From assembly GCA_017613355.1 (NCBI GenBank), contig JAGAEA010000022.1, positions 6,209-70,208 on the forward strand: a stretch of 64,000 nucleotides of DNA, given 5' to 3'. The stretch comes from Clostridia bacterium. GTDB lineage: Bacteria > Bacillota > Clostridia > Oscillospirales > CAG-272. The notes beneath the pieces were generated by a model. That model was given only the letters and a program-made list of their open reading frames with translations. It had not been told where the DNA came from and ran no database searches. Shown here piece after piece: positions 18,591 to 29,036 of the stretch. Every line of letters starts with the position of its first letter. Within the stretch, counting starts at the first letter, position 1. A program made the position numbers and the translations under genes.

Positions 18591-20306
18591 TCAAGAACAG
18601 GCTGATATTTCCTTCTTTTCGGCAACGAATTTCTCAAATTCATTTGCGGGTACCGGACGCGAAAAATAGTAACCCTGTACGATATCGCATCCCATCGCTT
18701 TCAGCACAGATACCTGCTCGGCAGATTCCACACCCTCGGCGATCGTAGGCACGTCAAATGAATGCGAAAGATTGATCATCGCTTCCAAAAGTCTCGTATC
18801 CTTACGTTCCCTGAAAGCGCTTCGGATAAATTGCATATCCAATTTCAGCGCGTCGATGGGAAGAGCCGACAGCATGCTGAGCGACGAATATCCGGAGCCG
18901 AAATCGTCCATTTCGATCTTGAAACCGAGTTTGCGGAGTTGTTTCACATTTTCAACGATCATTCCGGCGTTTTCCGTATATGCCGACTCTGTGATCTCCA
19001 AAAGCAATTCATCGGGTTTCAAACCGTTTTTTTCGGTCATGTCAAGCAACTTGTCGATCAGCTTCGGATCGTAAAGGTCAACGCGCGAAACGTTGACCGA
19101 AATCGGAACGGAAACGCCGAACCGCTCCTTCCAATCGCGAATCTGTGCCGCCGCTTCCGACCAAACGCAGCGGTCGAGGGTTTGGATTAACCCGTTCTTT
19201 TCAAACAGAGGGATAAATACTCCGGGGCTTACCATGCCGAGCTTCGGATGTTTCCAACGCGCGAGCGCTTCCGCGCTGCACAAAACCGGCGTATCCCCCC
19301 GCACGTCGAATTTAGGCTGATAGAACACAACGAACTGTTTTTCTTTGATCGCGGTTGGGAAATCGTCGATCAGTTGCTCTTCCATCACCTCTGCATCATG
19401 CATGGAATTATCGTAAAACCCGATGGGGTTTGCGAGATTTCCTTTGACGGAATCCGCCGCCAGTTTCGCTCTGTCAAATCTGCGATCGACGTAAAGTGTC
19501 TTGTCGACGTCGGAATAAACGCCCATTCTCAACCTGACATGGTTCTCACCCGAATCGCCGCCTTTCGGAACAATCGACAGCTGATTGAGCATCTCTTCGT
19601 AATCGGAGCGGTGAGGGCAGTAGAACAGAAACATGTCCGGCTCGCAACGGCACACGACGCCCCCTGCCTCGTTGATCAAGCGCAGTGCGTTTCCGGCAAT
19701 GCATTTCAGAACCTTGTCGCCATATGCCTTTCCGTATCGGTCGTTGACCGTGTGAAAATGGTTGATGTCCACAACGATCGCGTCGGTAGGAACGTCCTTA
19801 TGATACAGGTCGAGCTGATCGGCGTAGTGATAAAAGAACTCCTTGTTGTAGAGCCCCGTCAAGTGATCGCGCTCCGTCCAGCGGATGGTGTTTTTGTCCT
19901 CGTAGAGTTCCACTGTCCGCAGGATGCGGGCAAGGATCACTTCTGAAGGCGGATATGGCTTTGGGATAAAATCGATGGCACCGAGCGTCAAACATTCCAC
20001 TTCCGCTTCGCTATCCGACGTCATGACGATGACAGGCAAGCCGGCATAAGCCGGATCGCTCTTGATCCGACGAAGAACCTCGATTCCTTTAATGCCGGGT
20101 AAATTCAGATCCAGAAGGACGATGCTCAGCGTTTCAAACCGTTCGCGCACGATCCTCAACGCTTCTTCGCCTGTTTCTGCAACGATAAGTTCGTAGGCGT
20201 TGCCGATGCTTTCTTTCAACATTTCTCGGTTGATGATGTCATCCTCGACCAGCAGAATTTGTCTTTTCTCTTCGGATATGCTGAATTTCATTTTCTTTTC
20301 CGTCAT
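18591..20306 (-). CDS. REC-GGDEF(degenerate)-EAL protein, probable c-di-GMP phosphodiesterase
   Basis: Receiver domain (LLVEDD, LLDLNLP, KP); GGDEF replaced by CEPDMF; intact EAL motifs AEALARW, EITES, DDFGSGYSS, AEGVE, QGYYF. Confidence 0.9.
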   Translation of the reverse strand: MTEKKMKFSISEEKRQILLVEDDIINREMLKESIGNAYELIVAETGEEALRIVRERFETLSIVLLDLNLPGIKGIEVLRRIKSDPAYAGLPVIVMTSDSEAEVECLTLGAIDFIPKPYPPSEVILARILRTVELYEDKNTIRWTERDHLTGLYNKEFFYHYADQLDLYHKDVPTDAIVVDINHFHTVNDRYGKAYGDKVLKCIAGNALRLINEAGGVVCRCEPDMFLFYCPHRSDYEEMLNQLSIVPKGGDSGENHVRLRMGVYSDVDKTLYVDRRFDRAKLAADSVKGNLANPIGFYDNSMHDAEVMEEQLIDDFPTAIKEKQFVVFYQPKFDVRGDTPVLCSAEALARWKHPKLGMVSPGVFIPLFEKNGLIQTLDRCVWSEAAAQIRDWKERFGVSVPISVNVSRVDLYDPKLIDKLLDMTEKNGLKPDELLLEITESAYTENAGMIVENVKQLRKLGFKIEMDDFGSGYSSLSMLSALPIDALKLDMQFIRSAFRERKDTRLLEAMINLSHSFDVPTIAEGVESAEQVSVLKAMGCDIVQGYYFSRPVPANEFEKFVAEKKEISACS

Positions 20307-20486
20307 ATTCTGTCTCCTGTCAATCACAATCTGTCTTCTGCAATTTTATTATTCTTTTCGGCAACCTCTTTCCCGGGATCGTTTTTTCGAGCGTTATATA
20401 CAAATAATCGTCCAATCGCTTTATCGTGTTCCAACTCGTTCAAACATCGACATTATTTCAATACGTTTTTTAAAGTGTTTTTTTCC

Positions 20487-21776
20487 TCATTTAAAGCTTC
20501 CATATTTTTCCACGGCTTCGTCAATTGTCAAAGTTCCCCTTCCGACCTGATAAGAAGCAAGCCTGATCTGAACCGCAAGCGTATCCTCAATTCCGAGCGC
20601 GGTCGGCGAGATAACAAGATCCGGTGCAACCCCGCCGATAGGAGCATATACCTTATCGAAGGAAAGGTCCTTCGACGGCGTGATCAAACGTTTTACGGAT
20701 GCCATTTGATTTAATTCCGTTTTTGAAATGAGGAACCGCATAAATTCATTCGTCATATCCAGATCGTCGCAGGAATTGTTGACCGAAAACTGAACGGAAG
20801 GACTGTCAAGAAAATATCCGCCCTTGTCCGTCACCGGTATCGGAGCGAAGGTATAAGTAAACGGATTCGCAGTAAAGGCTTCCGACTGGCTTTCGCGTTT
20901 CTTCGTTCCCGATACCGTATCCCCTGTGCAGATCATCATCGGAATGTCTCCTTCGAAGAAACGAAGGATGACCTTGGTATAATTATCGCCGATCTCATCG
21001 CATTTATCCAAATTGATGCATCCTTTGTCGATTAGTTGAGAGAGCGTTTCGAGCGCCGAGCGCATATAAACACCCGCTTCGGGATCCCCTTGATTGGCGC
21101 GCACGACCATTTCCGGATGCTCTGCCAACGTTCCCGCACAGATCGGATAAACGACGGTGTTCATCAGACAGCTGGACGCCTTTACGCTGTATCCCATCAT
21201 TGGGCTCGCATATCCTTTTTCTCGAAACGAAGCACAAACGTCAAGGAGCTCTTGCAGGGTCGTTGGCACCTTAAGCCCTTCTTTTTCAAAAAGATCGTTA
21301 TTGATCAGCATCCCGTAGGACGTGGAGAAGATCGGAACCGTCAGCACGCGGTCCTGTGAGTCACGGTTGAGAAGGCCGGGACGGATGCAGTCCAGATCCA
21401 AGCCGAGAGCGGCGTCGGCAAGGTTTTCCATATGAGCGAAAGCCTCATCGTAAGCAGAATTGCCGATCATCCAGCTGAACGAAAAGAAAATGTTCGGGGC
21501 GTCGTTCCCGTTCAAAACGGTGCCGATCAATTTGTTGTAGTCGTCGATTTTCGTGTAGCTCATTTCAACGTTCGGATAATACTCGTTAAAGCGGTCAAAT
21601 TCCGCTTCAAGAGCTTCGAAATTATCGTAAGTACCCGCTATGTTGATTTTACAGGCGGTGGATTTGTCCAATTTTGGTACAAAGCTTTCATTGTTTTTCT
21701 TCCGATTTCCGGAACTGCAGGCGGCTAAACCGAGAATCATGAACGCCGCCAGGATAATGCTTATGATTCTTTTCAA
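20487..21776 (-). CDS. Extracellular solute-binding lipoprotein (sugar-binding family)
   Basis: LGLAAC lipobox; TTG start overlapping the kinase stop; SBP-like INNDLFEKEGLKVPTTLQELLDVC. Confidence 0.8.
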   Translation of the reverse strand: MKRIISIILAAFMILGLAACSSGNRKKNNESFVPKLDKSTACKINIAGTYDNFEALEAEFDRFNEYYPNVEMSYTKIDDYNKLIGTVLNGNDAPNIFFSFSWMIGNSAYDEAFAHMENLADAALGLDLDCIRPGLLNRDSQDRVLTVPIFSTSYGMLINNDLFEKEGLKVPTTLQELLDVCASFREKGYASPMMGYSVKASSCLMNTVVYPICAGTLAEHPEMVVRANQGDPEAGVYMRSALETLSQLIDKGCINLDKCDEIGDNYTKVILRFFEGDIPMMICTGDTVSGTKKRESQSEAFTANPFTYTFAPIPVTDKGGYFLDSPSVQFSVNNSCDDLDMTNEFMRFLISKTELNQMASVKRLITPSKDLSFDKVYAPIGGVAPDLVISPTALGIEDTLAVQIRLASYQVGRGTLTIDEAVEKYGSFK

Positions 21777-24307
21777 TTTTTGCTTTTCCTTTCTTTTATT
21801 CTGCGAATTTCTTTTATTACGAGTTTGATATCCACGGGCTTGGCAATATGTCCGTCCATACCCGCGCTCAAACATTCCGCCACATTTTCGGAAAACGCAT
21901 CCGCCGTCATCGCGATAATAGGGATCGACGCTGCCCACGGGTTCTCCATTTTGCGGATCGTTCTTGTCGCGTCCAGTCCGTTCATTTCCGGCATTTGCAC
22001 ATCCATAAAGATCAGCGTGTAGCGTCCTTCCTCGGCTTTCCTCATCATATCCACGCAAACGCGACCGTTTTCCGCGCGCTCCGCGGTGATGCCGAACATA
22101 CCGAGCGTTGCCTGTATGACCTCCCAGTTGATATCGTAATCCTCCGCTACAAGGACGTGTACCCCTTCCATATCCGAATAATCGTCCTTCGGTTCGACGG
22201 ATTTTACTTCTTTTCCGAGAAGCTGATTGATTTTGTCATAAAGCGTGGATTGGAAAAGGGGCTTGCTGACAAAGCCGTTGGCTCCCGCCTTTTTTGCCGC
22301 ATCTTCGATTTCCGATCTGTCGTAGGCGGAAATCAGCAGGATCGGAATTTTCTCCCCGAAATCCGACCGAATCCGACAAACCGTTTCGATCCCGTCCATG
22401 TCCGGCATCTTCCAGTCGACTATGACAACGTCGTAGTTTCGTCCTTCTTGATGGCGTTTTGAAATCATTTCGATTGCCTCAGCGCCGCTCTTCGCGCATT
22501 CTGCCGTTGCGCCCATGGATTCGAGCGTATCCGCGGCCGTTCGGAGAAGCACCTCGTCGTCGTCAACGACCAGAACGTCGATCGGATCGAGCCGCATTTC
22601 GTCTCTTTGTCTGTCGGATACGGGAATATCTATGACGACGGTAAACGTTGTTCCTTTGCCTTGCTCGCTCCGGCAGTCGATTGTTCCGCCCATCAAATCA
22701 ACCATTTGTTTTGTGATCGCAAGACCGAGTCCTGTTCCCTGAATGCTGTTCACGCGGCTGTCCGTTTGGCGGGAAAACGGCTGATACATTCTTTCCATAA
22801 ACTCCGGACTCATACCGATTCCGGTATCGGATACCCGATAGGTCAGGCTCACGCAACCGAGAATCGGGCTTTCCTCTTCCCGCATATCTACGCTGACGCT
22901 CCCGCCAGGCTCTGTGTATTTGACGGCGTTGGAAAGAATATTGATATAAATTTGATTCAGCCTCAGTGGATCCGCATACAGATATTCTTTTTCCATCCGA
23001 TTGATGCGAAAATTGAAATCGATATTCTTTTCTTTGATCATCGGTTGAGACAGATTGACGAGATTTTCAACGGTTTCTACTACGGAAAACGTTACCGGGG
23101 TAAAATTCAATTTCCCGCTTTCGACCTTCGAGATATCCAGAATATCGTTGATCAGCGTCAGCAGATGATTGCCGGCAAGACAGATTTTGCGAAGATTTTC
23201 TTCCATCGCATCGGTATCGCCGAGATTCTTTTGCGCGATAGCCGTCAAACCGAGGATCGCGTTCATCGGAGTCCGAATATCGTGGGACATGGTGGAAAGA
23301 AAATCGGTTTTCGCTTTGTTGGCGGATTCCGCCGCCATTGCCGCAATTCGCAGTTTCTTGTTGAAATGCTGAATGAAGAGCAAATCAATAATGAACAATA
23401 CAAGCAGTCCGGCGGAAACGATTCCGATCAAAAGCCAGTTCTCCGTATTTGCGTTCAGGTCCGACGCTGGAATGAGGCTCAACAAGGTCCACTCGACCGT
23501 TTCCGCAACCGGAGTATAGGCAAGCAGCATTTTTTCTCCTCGGGAGTTAAGGATCGTAACAGATCCCGTGGAAGACGTTATTTCGGCGCGAAGCCTGTCG
23601 GAAGTAGCCGGATCCGAAGCATTATACGACTTATAAAACTCAAAAAAGTTTGAATTCTTGAATGTTTTGCTTTTAATGATATAGTCGCCGCCGGAATCGA
23701 TTAGGGTGAGTTCGACGTTCTCAAATTCCTCCTGTGGAAATATCCACTTCTGTTCCAGCTCGGATATGGGCAACACGCGTAGCAAAAGAGCCTGTTTTGC
23801 GGCACCGTCATCATATAGCATGATCTTGTTGCAAAAAGCGAGCGACTGTTCGCCGTTCATCGGATTTGTGTAGGCACGAGAAATATTGATGGACTCGCCG
23901 AGCTCCGATATCCACGACGTCTCATCAAGAAAATCCATTTTATCATAAGATACCGTATAGTTGTCGGTGGTACCCAGCTGAGGCCGTGTCGATACACCCT
24001 GCTTGCTGTCAAGATAGATAAGATGCGCGGAGACGTTCGGCAGTACATGAGAAATACGGATAAACGCCGTCGCTTCTTCCATGGACATCGCTCTGCTGTT
24101 GATATACCGTGCCCAGACGTCGCAAATACGCTGTTCGCCCTCCAGATAGTTTTCGGTGATGCGCTCAATCGTGACGGTGGTATTTTCGAAATGCTCGGTT
24201 TGCCTTTTCCGGATAATGCTGTTCTCAAACACGGTATAAACCGCAACAAAAGCCAGAATCGCGACCATAATGAGGATGTTGATGATGATGATTCTTGTTC
24301 TCTTCAT
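21773..24307 (-). CDS. Hybrid sensor histidine kinase with two receiver domains
   Basis: Two TM helices, MSHDIRTPMN H-box, N/G1/F/G2 boxes, two REC domains (DWKMP, DVQMP). Confidence 0.93.
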   Translation of the reverse strand: MKRTRIIIINILIMVAILAFVAVYTVFENSIIRKRQTEHFENTTVTIERITENYLEGEQRICDVWARYINSRAMSMEEATAFIRISHVLPNVSAHLIYLDSKQGVSTRPQLGTTDNYTVSYDKMDFLDETSWISELGESINISRAYTNPMNGEQSLAFCNKIMLYDDGAAKQALLLRVLPISELEQKWIFPQEEFENVELTLIDSGGDYIIKSKTFKNSNFFEFYKSYNASDPATSDRLRAEITSSTGSVTILNSRGEKMLLAYTPVAETVEWTLLSLIPASDLNANTENWLLIGIVSAGLLVLFIIDLLFIQHFNKKLRIAAMAAESANKAKTDFLSTMSHDIRTPMNAILGLTAIAQKNLGDTDAMEENLRKICLAGNHLLTLINDILDISKVESGKLNFTPVTFSVVETVENLVNLSQPMIKEKNIDFNFRINRMEKEYLYADPLRLNQIYINILSNAVKYTEPGGSVSVDMREEESPILGCVSLTYRVSDTGIGMSPEFMERMYQPFSRQTDSRVNSIQGTGLGLAITKQMVDLMGGTIDCRSEQGKGTTFTVVIDIPVSDRQRDEMRLDPIDVLVVDDDEVLLRTAADTLESMGATAECAKSGAEAIEMISKRHQEGRNYDVVIVDWKMPDMDGIETVCRIRSDFGEKIPILLISAYDRSEIEDAAKKAGANGFVSKPLFQSTLYDKINQLLGKEVKSVEPKDDYSDMEGVHVLVAEDYDINWEVIQATLGMFGITAERAENGRVCVDMMRKAEEGRYTLIFMDVQMPEMNGLDATRTIRKMENPWAASIPIIAMTADAFSENVAECLSAGMDGHIAKPVDIKLVIKEIRRIKERKSKN

Positions 24308-24396
24308 GGCTCTTAACCGCCTTTTATATCATCGCATTGAAAAATCGAAAAAAATTACATAGTGTATTGCGCGCCGTGAAGACGGTTTCTCATCCG

Positions 24397-24467
24397 CCCG
24401 TCGTCTGCTCCAAAGCAAAAGGGTGCGGGATATTCCCGCACCCTTTTGCTTTGGAGCAGATGACGGG
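24397..24467. repeat. 34-bp inverted repeat incorporating the tRNA 3' end
   Basis: cccgtcgtctgctccaaagcaaaagggtgcggga-tat-tcccgcacccttttgctttggagcagatgacggg (one mismatch). Confidence 0.85.
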
Positions 24468-24525
24468 AATCGAACCCGCGTTTTCGGCTTGGGAAGCGGA
24501 CGCTCTGCCATTGAGCTACATCTGC
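24452..24525 (-). tRNA. tRNA-Gly (CCC)
   Basis: GCAGATGTAGCTCAATGGCAGAGCGTCCGCTTCCCAAGCCGAAAACGCGGGTTCGATTCCCGTCATCTGCTCCA: cloverleaf, TTCGA T-loop, encoded CCA; TTGACA-N17-TATAAT promoter at 24542-24570. Confidence 0.93.
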
Positions 24526-24673
24526 ATTTCCAACCTCATTTATTATAGTATATTTTCGTCCGATTGTCAAGTATTTTCCCTGATTTTTTCTTGACAAACG
24601 TCGACAAAAATGCTATAACATCTCCGGTTCGACACAAATCCCCCTTTGATTTTCTCGAAAGGGTGATGCTCGC

Positions 24674-24756
24674 GTGGTATATCATGGAATGATTTGGTTC
24701 AAATCGCAACATTGGTGCTTGCAATCATCGCTTGCTTTTATGGCAAAGAAAGATAA
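24674..24756 (+). pseudogene. Frameshifted type I toxin-like peptide
   Basis: Promoter TTGACA-N17-TATAAC (24591-24619); RBS AAAGGG pairs with upstream CCCTTT; the GTG start is 2 nt out of frame with SWNDLVQIATLVLAIIACFYGKER-stop. Confidence 0.55.
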
Positions 24757-24867
24757 GCGCCTGCTCCTACCAAGATAAGGCGGTTATCTTTAACCACTTA
24801 CAGGCGAAGCAACCGTCATCGGTGTTCTCTCGTGCTCTTATGTAAAGCAAAACATTCGATTTGTCAA
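24750..24867 (-). ncRNA. Putative antisense antitoxin-like RNA
   Basis: TTGACA -35 (imperfect -10); ccgatgacggttgc and agataaccgcc...ggcgcttatct motifs shared with 17236-17353; convergent with the toxin-like ORF. Confidence 0.5.
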
Positions 24868-24893
24868 GTTTTTTCCCGATTATTTCAATCGGT

Positions 24894-24923
24894 TCCCCGC
24901 CCGAAACTCGGGCGGGGATTTTT
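24894..24923. terminator. GC-rich terminator hairpin
   Basis: tccccgcccga-aac-tcgggcgggga followed by ttttt, downstream of the surface-protein operon. Confidence 0.7.
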
Positions 24924-24937
24924 CGGTTGACGGCAGG

Positions 24938-25150
24938 TCAGCCGCCGGGGGTTGCCGCGATTGTGAATTTCACCGTTACATCCTTTGTTGTCAAAGCATT
25001 GGACGTGTTGACGGTCACGGCACTGATGGTTGTGGTAATGTTCTTTTGCTCGGTGTTCGTTTCGTCGCTGTTCTTGACCCAAACGGTTGCGACATACGGC
25101 TGCGAAATATCCTTCAAAAGCGTTGCATAAACGTCGATTGCCGCCGTTGA
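24938..25150 (-). pseudogene. Orphan C-terminal fragment of a surface protein
   Basis: Start-less Thr/Val-rich frame (TAAIDVYATLLKDISQPYVATVWVK...VKFTIAATPGG-stop) between the large gene's stop and the terminator. Confidence 0.45.
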
Positions 25151-25163
25151 CGGGAAAATGCGA

Positions 25164-28100
25164 CTACGAAGACGCGACGAAATTGATCTCGATTGTTTTA
25201 TCGTCCAGCGGGATATAATACTTTCGCATATAATCCGAGGGGTCAGCATTTCCGGTAACGGTAATGGTGATGGTGTCCCCCGCTTCCGTGCGGGTAAAGG
25301 TGACCTTGCTCACGTTGCCGGAAAACGCGTCTTTCAGAGCGAACGCCGCGGTTGGGTTGTTATCGGCAATGGCGGTGAGCAATGCTTCCGCAGTTTCCGG
25401 ATCGTTCGAGGTTACAAAATCCACGCCTTTGAGATAATCCATGACCGAGCGATCCACATCGCCGCTGTTCGCGGAAATATCGAGGTAAAGCAGGTAAGCG
25501 CCGGTACCGCCGTCAACCGAGCCGAGCGCGTACTCGCCGGAATCCGCGGGGATCTCAAAGTAGTAAATATAATTCTGTTTCAGCGCATTGGTCTTGATCC
25601 ACTCGGTTTCGAACAGGCAGGTATAGCGAGAATCATACTCCAAAAGCGCCGAAATGTTATCAAAAGTCCGGCTGCCATCCGAAAGCGCGATGGTTTCGCC
25701 CGTTTCGCCCGAATAGACGTAGGCATAGAACAGGTTTTCGTCGCCGTCAACGCCCCAAATCTCCTCGATCTCTTTAATATCGGTGATGTTGTGGGAGTTA
25801 TCCCGGAAAATGCGGTGGAGCGAGAAGAAACTGTTGTTGCCCGTAAAGTAGGTTCCTGCGAAGAAGTTGATATAGCCCTTATGTGCCAAGTTGAAGTCGA
25901 TGGAAGCGGCAGGCATCTCATAATTCGTATAGGAATCGCCGTTGATCGTGACCTTGGAGGCTTTGATCAACTGATTTTTGCTGATCTGCGCGTTCATGAA
26001 GTGCATACCGTATACATAGGTGTTATCCTTCGCCAAAATCGAGAGAAAATCGGAAGACGACGCAGAATATTTTTTGAATTTTTCCGTTCCGATGTTCGCG
26101 ATGGGATGTTCCCCAGTCCCGTTGATCGTGTAAATTTCGTCGGTCTTCAGCACACCGTCCGAATAGGAATTGTTAATGTTACCGGAGATCGAATAATAAG
26201 AAATACGAATGTCGCCGGCACGGTCAGGATACGTGCTCGTGGTAGTCGGATCGTAAGAACCGCCAACGATATAACCCGTGTTGGAGTTGCGCGCCAAGGT
26301 GCTGTCCTCCGGGTCGGTATTCAGAGGAAGATAGGTGGCGTATCCTTGCGTATAATCCACGTAATCCGGAAGCGTTTCCGAAGTATAATACTTTGCGGCG
26401 GCAGAAGTCCGCGCGATTCCCGCAAAACTTTGATCTTCGTTGCTCAAAGGCGTTCCTGCGGAAACAAATTGCAGAACAGGTGCTTCAAATGCCGAAATCT
26501 TTTGGAACGTGGAAGCGCTTCCGGCGGTCGTTGTCGTTTTCCAGCCGGAACTGTAATAGAGATAATATGAGGTTGTACTCCAGAAATTATTCCCAGAAAA
26601 ATATAGTCGGTTGGAATTGTCTAATTGATAACGATAGTCGGTAGAGTTGGAAATGTTGGGCGTGTAGGTGTAGTTCCAATTTCCCGATCTCGTGTTATTC
26701 AAGTAGTAAGTTGTTCGAGAAGCGGGCGAAAAATAATTTCCATTCTGGATCCACGTGGTTGCGGACGCCCGGGTGTTCGTTGCCGCCGGCGTACTGCTGT
26801 TGTTATAGTAAAGATAGCGGGTCCCGTCATAGAGGTAGAATTCACCCGAATCTTGCTGCAACGTCCAACCGCCGTTATAGCCGAGGTAATAATTGCCGCT
26901 GGAAAGCGTGTTACTATCCATCGTCCACGTGGTGCGGTTGTTTTCGGTGTTGCCACTGTAAAGCGTCAAAGTTCCGCCATTGTTGCGGAGATAATAGGTG
27001 GTGTTCCCCACAGTTGCATAAATCCGGTATCCGGTTCCGTTTGCGGCCAGCATCCAGACGGTGGCATTCGATGTGGACGTCCTGTTGCCGATCGCGTTGT
27101 TGTTCACAATGGAAAGATAGTTGGTTCCGTCCGTAATATAAATTCCGGTTTTTTCCGCTTTCCACGTGCCGCCATCGCAAACCAGAGAATAGCTGCCGTC
27201 GGTGATCCCGGAGGAGGAAACCGACCATTGCGTGGACGGCGTGGTGGTGATGGAAACGGTGGTGTCGCTCCGGTTCAGATAATAATGCGTGTTATTGACG
27301 ACCGTATGCAGATAGCCGTTCGTGTTGAGCCACTCGGCGGCGTTCCCCGCCGTTACCGCGGAGGTTCCCGAGGAGCCGAGGTAATTGGTTCCGTTGCTGA
27401 TCTGGATGATTGCACGATTATCCGTGAGTCCCCAACCGCCGTTCGCTCCGTTGACGTGAACGAGATATTGGCTCCCCGTATAGAGACTGCTCCCGTTCAA
27501 AGTCCAGTTGGTAGACGTGGTGGTGCAGGTCACGCGGCCGTAGGCGTCCGCGCCGAGATAATACTTAGTGGAAGAAGTTGCCTGCCCGGAAACCGTTTCG
27601 ATATAATAGGTGTTTCCGTTTTGGAGCCATACGGTTCCCGATTCCGTGGAATGGGTGATATTTCCCTCCGTGGTCCCTTGCAGATAGTAGGTCGCGCCCG
27701 CGTCGGAAAAGGTATAGCCGGTGGTATCTGCAAAGTAATATTTGGTATCGACTAAATGCACGCCTGCATTTAAATAATAAACACTTGTTTTTGTTGTTCC
27801 TGTTCCTTTGTAATTGGTAAACAGATAGGATCCGCCGGAGGAGTCGTAATCCTTATAATGAAAAACTGTTGTTGGAGATGAATTTGTTTGAACCGGATCT
27901 CCGACTTGGTTTCAATTGATATCATAAAACAGATTGCGGTATTTACGATAAACATAGGATGGGGTTGTTGACGAACTATACGCTGCTGTCAACCTCGTAT
28001 GCGCGTCGGTCATGCCAACGGAGCCGCCCCATTCATTCCCCGTTGGTCCCTCTTTGGCAACGTAGGCGTCCACGGCGACTTTGCTGTACCCAACGAGCGA

Positions 28101-28952
28101 ATAGCAGGAAATTTTATCGGTGATATTATCGGAATCGAGAGGCGACAACCCGCTTGCGACCTCGATAGACCCGTTATAAACGCCGACGCCCGACATTTTC
28201 CCGTTGACATATCCCGCGGCAATCCCGATCAGGGTTTTGTTACTCGCGGGAGTTTCGGTTTTTACGGTGACGGTATCCAGCAGGAAGTTTTTGACCTCGT
28301 TGACCGTGGAGGAATAGGTATAGGTAGTTCTTCCGATGGTAACCGACCCTTTGGCGGTAACGGTTCCTTCTCCGTTCACCGTGTCGTCCACCTGCGTCCC
28401 CGTGGTTCCGATGACGCCGAAAAAGCCGATGATCTGCGCACCGTTCGCCACTTCGGTTTCAATGGAACTGTCATACGTCGGTCTACCATAGAAGTCGCTG
28501 TTTTTGTTGGTTACCGTGAGATTGCTGATTTTATGGTTTTCCCCGTCAAAATTGCCGACGAACGGGAAGGTTTGCGTTCCGATGGGCGGGAGCTCGATAC
28601 CCGTCATATCCAGATCGTCACTCAAGCGGAAATAATACTGTTGGAGCGTTCCCGCGTTATCTTCCTCTTCGTGGTTGAACACGCCGAGCGCCTGCAGCCA
28701 CGCGAAATAATAAAGCTGCATCGGATATTTGATCTCAAACGGACTGTGAATGATGTTGCCTTCTTCGTCCCTCGTCTCGGGAAGCCCGTCCCCGCTCTCA
28801 AAATAGGATCCCTGCACGCTGGAAGTCAGGTTGGGAGCCTGCGAGCGTTTATCCGACAGCCATGCCAACGAGGATAATGCCGTTGCAATCATCACGGTGA
28901 GGGCAAGCAACAGCGCGCTTATTGCCAACAATTGCTGATAGGTCTTTTTCAA
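25164..28952 (-). pseudogene. Large secreted/surface protein (~1262 codons) interrupted by one in-frame TGA at 27912-27914
   Basis: ORFs 27912..28952 and 25164..27761 share a frame and the gap reads DIN*NQVGDPVQ...NAGVHLVDT with no other stop; SipW-type signal (SLAW), GLUG/M26-like N-terminal region, about four Y/W/G/T-rich beta repeats. Confidence 0.8.
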
Positions 28953-29036
28953 TTTTCCTGCCCTCCTTTTTTATGGAATAAAGTGAAGCACGGGATCGTC
29001 CGTTTGTATTCGCTCGTCTTCTCCGGCGGCAATTCG

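Noticed and set aside
17173-24467. Integrative element between the second guaA and tRNA-Gly
   Set aside because: No integrase and no direct-repeat att pair; the tRNA 3'-end copy is inverted and adjacent.
24894-24931. Fourth copy of the cassette-bounding repeat
   Set aside because: Shares only ccccgcc/ggcgggg; flanks and loop differ, and it is explained as the surface-protein operon terminator.
27912-27914. Genome-wide TGA recoding (Trp/Gly) or selenocysteine
   Set aside because: TGA ends glmM, purA, purB and guaA at their expected C-termini; only one in-frame TGA was seen and the context is not a redox motif.
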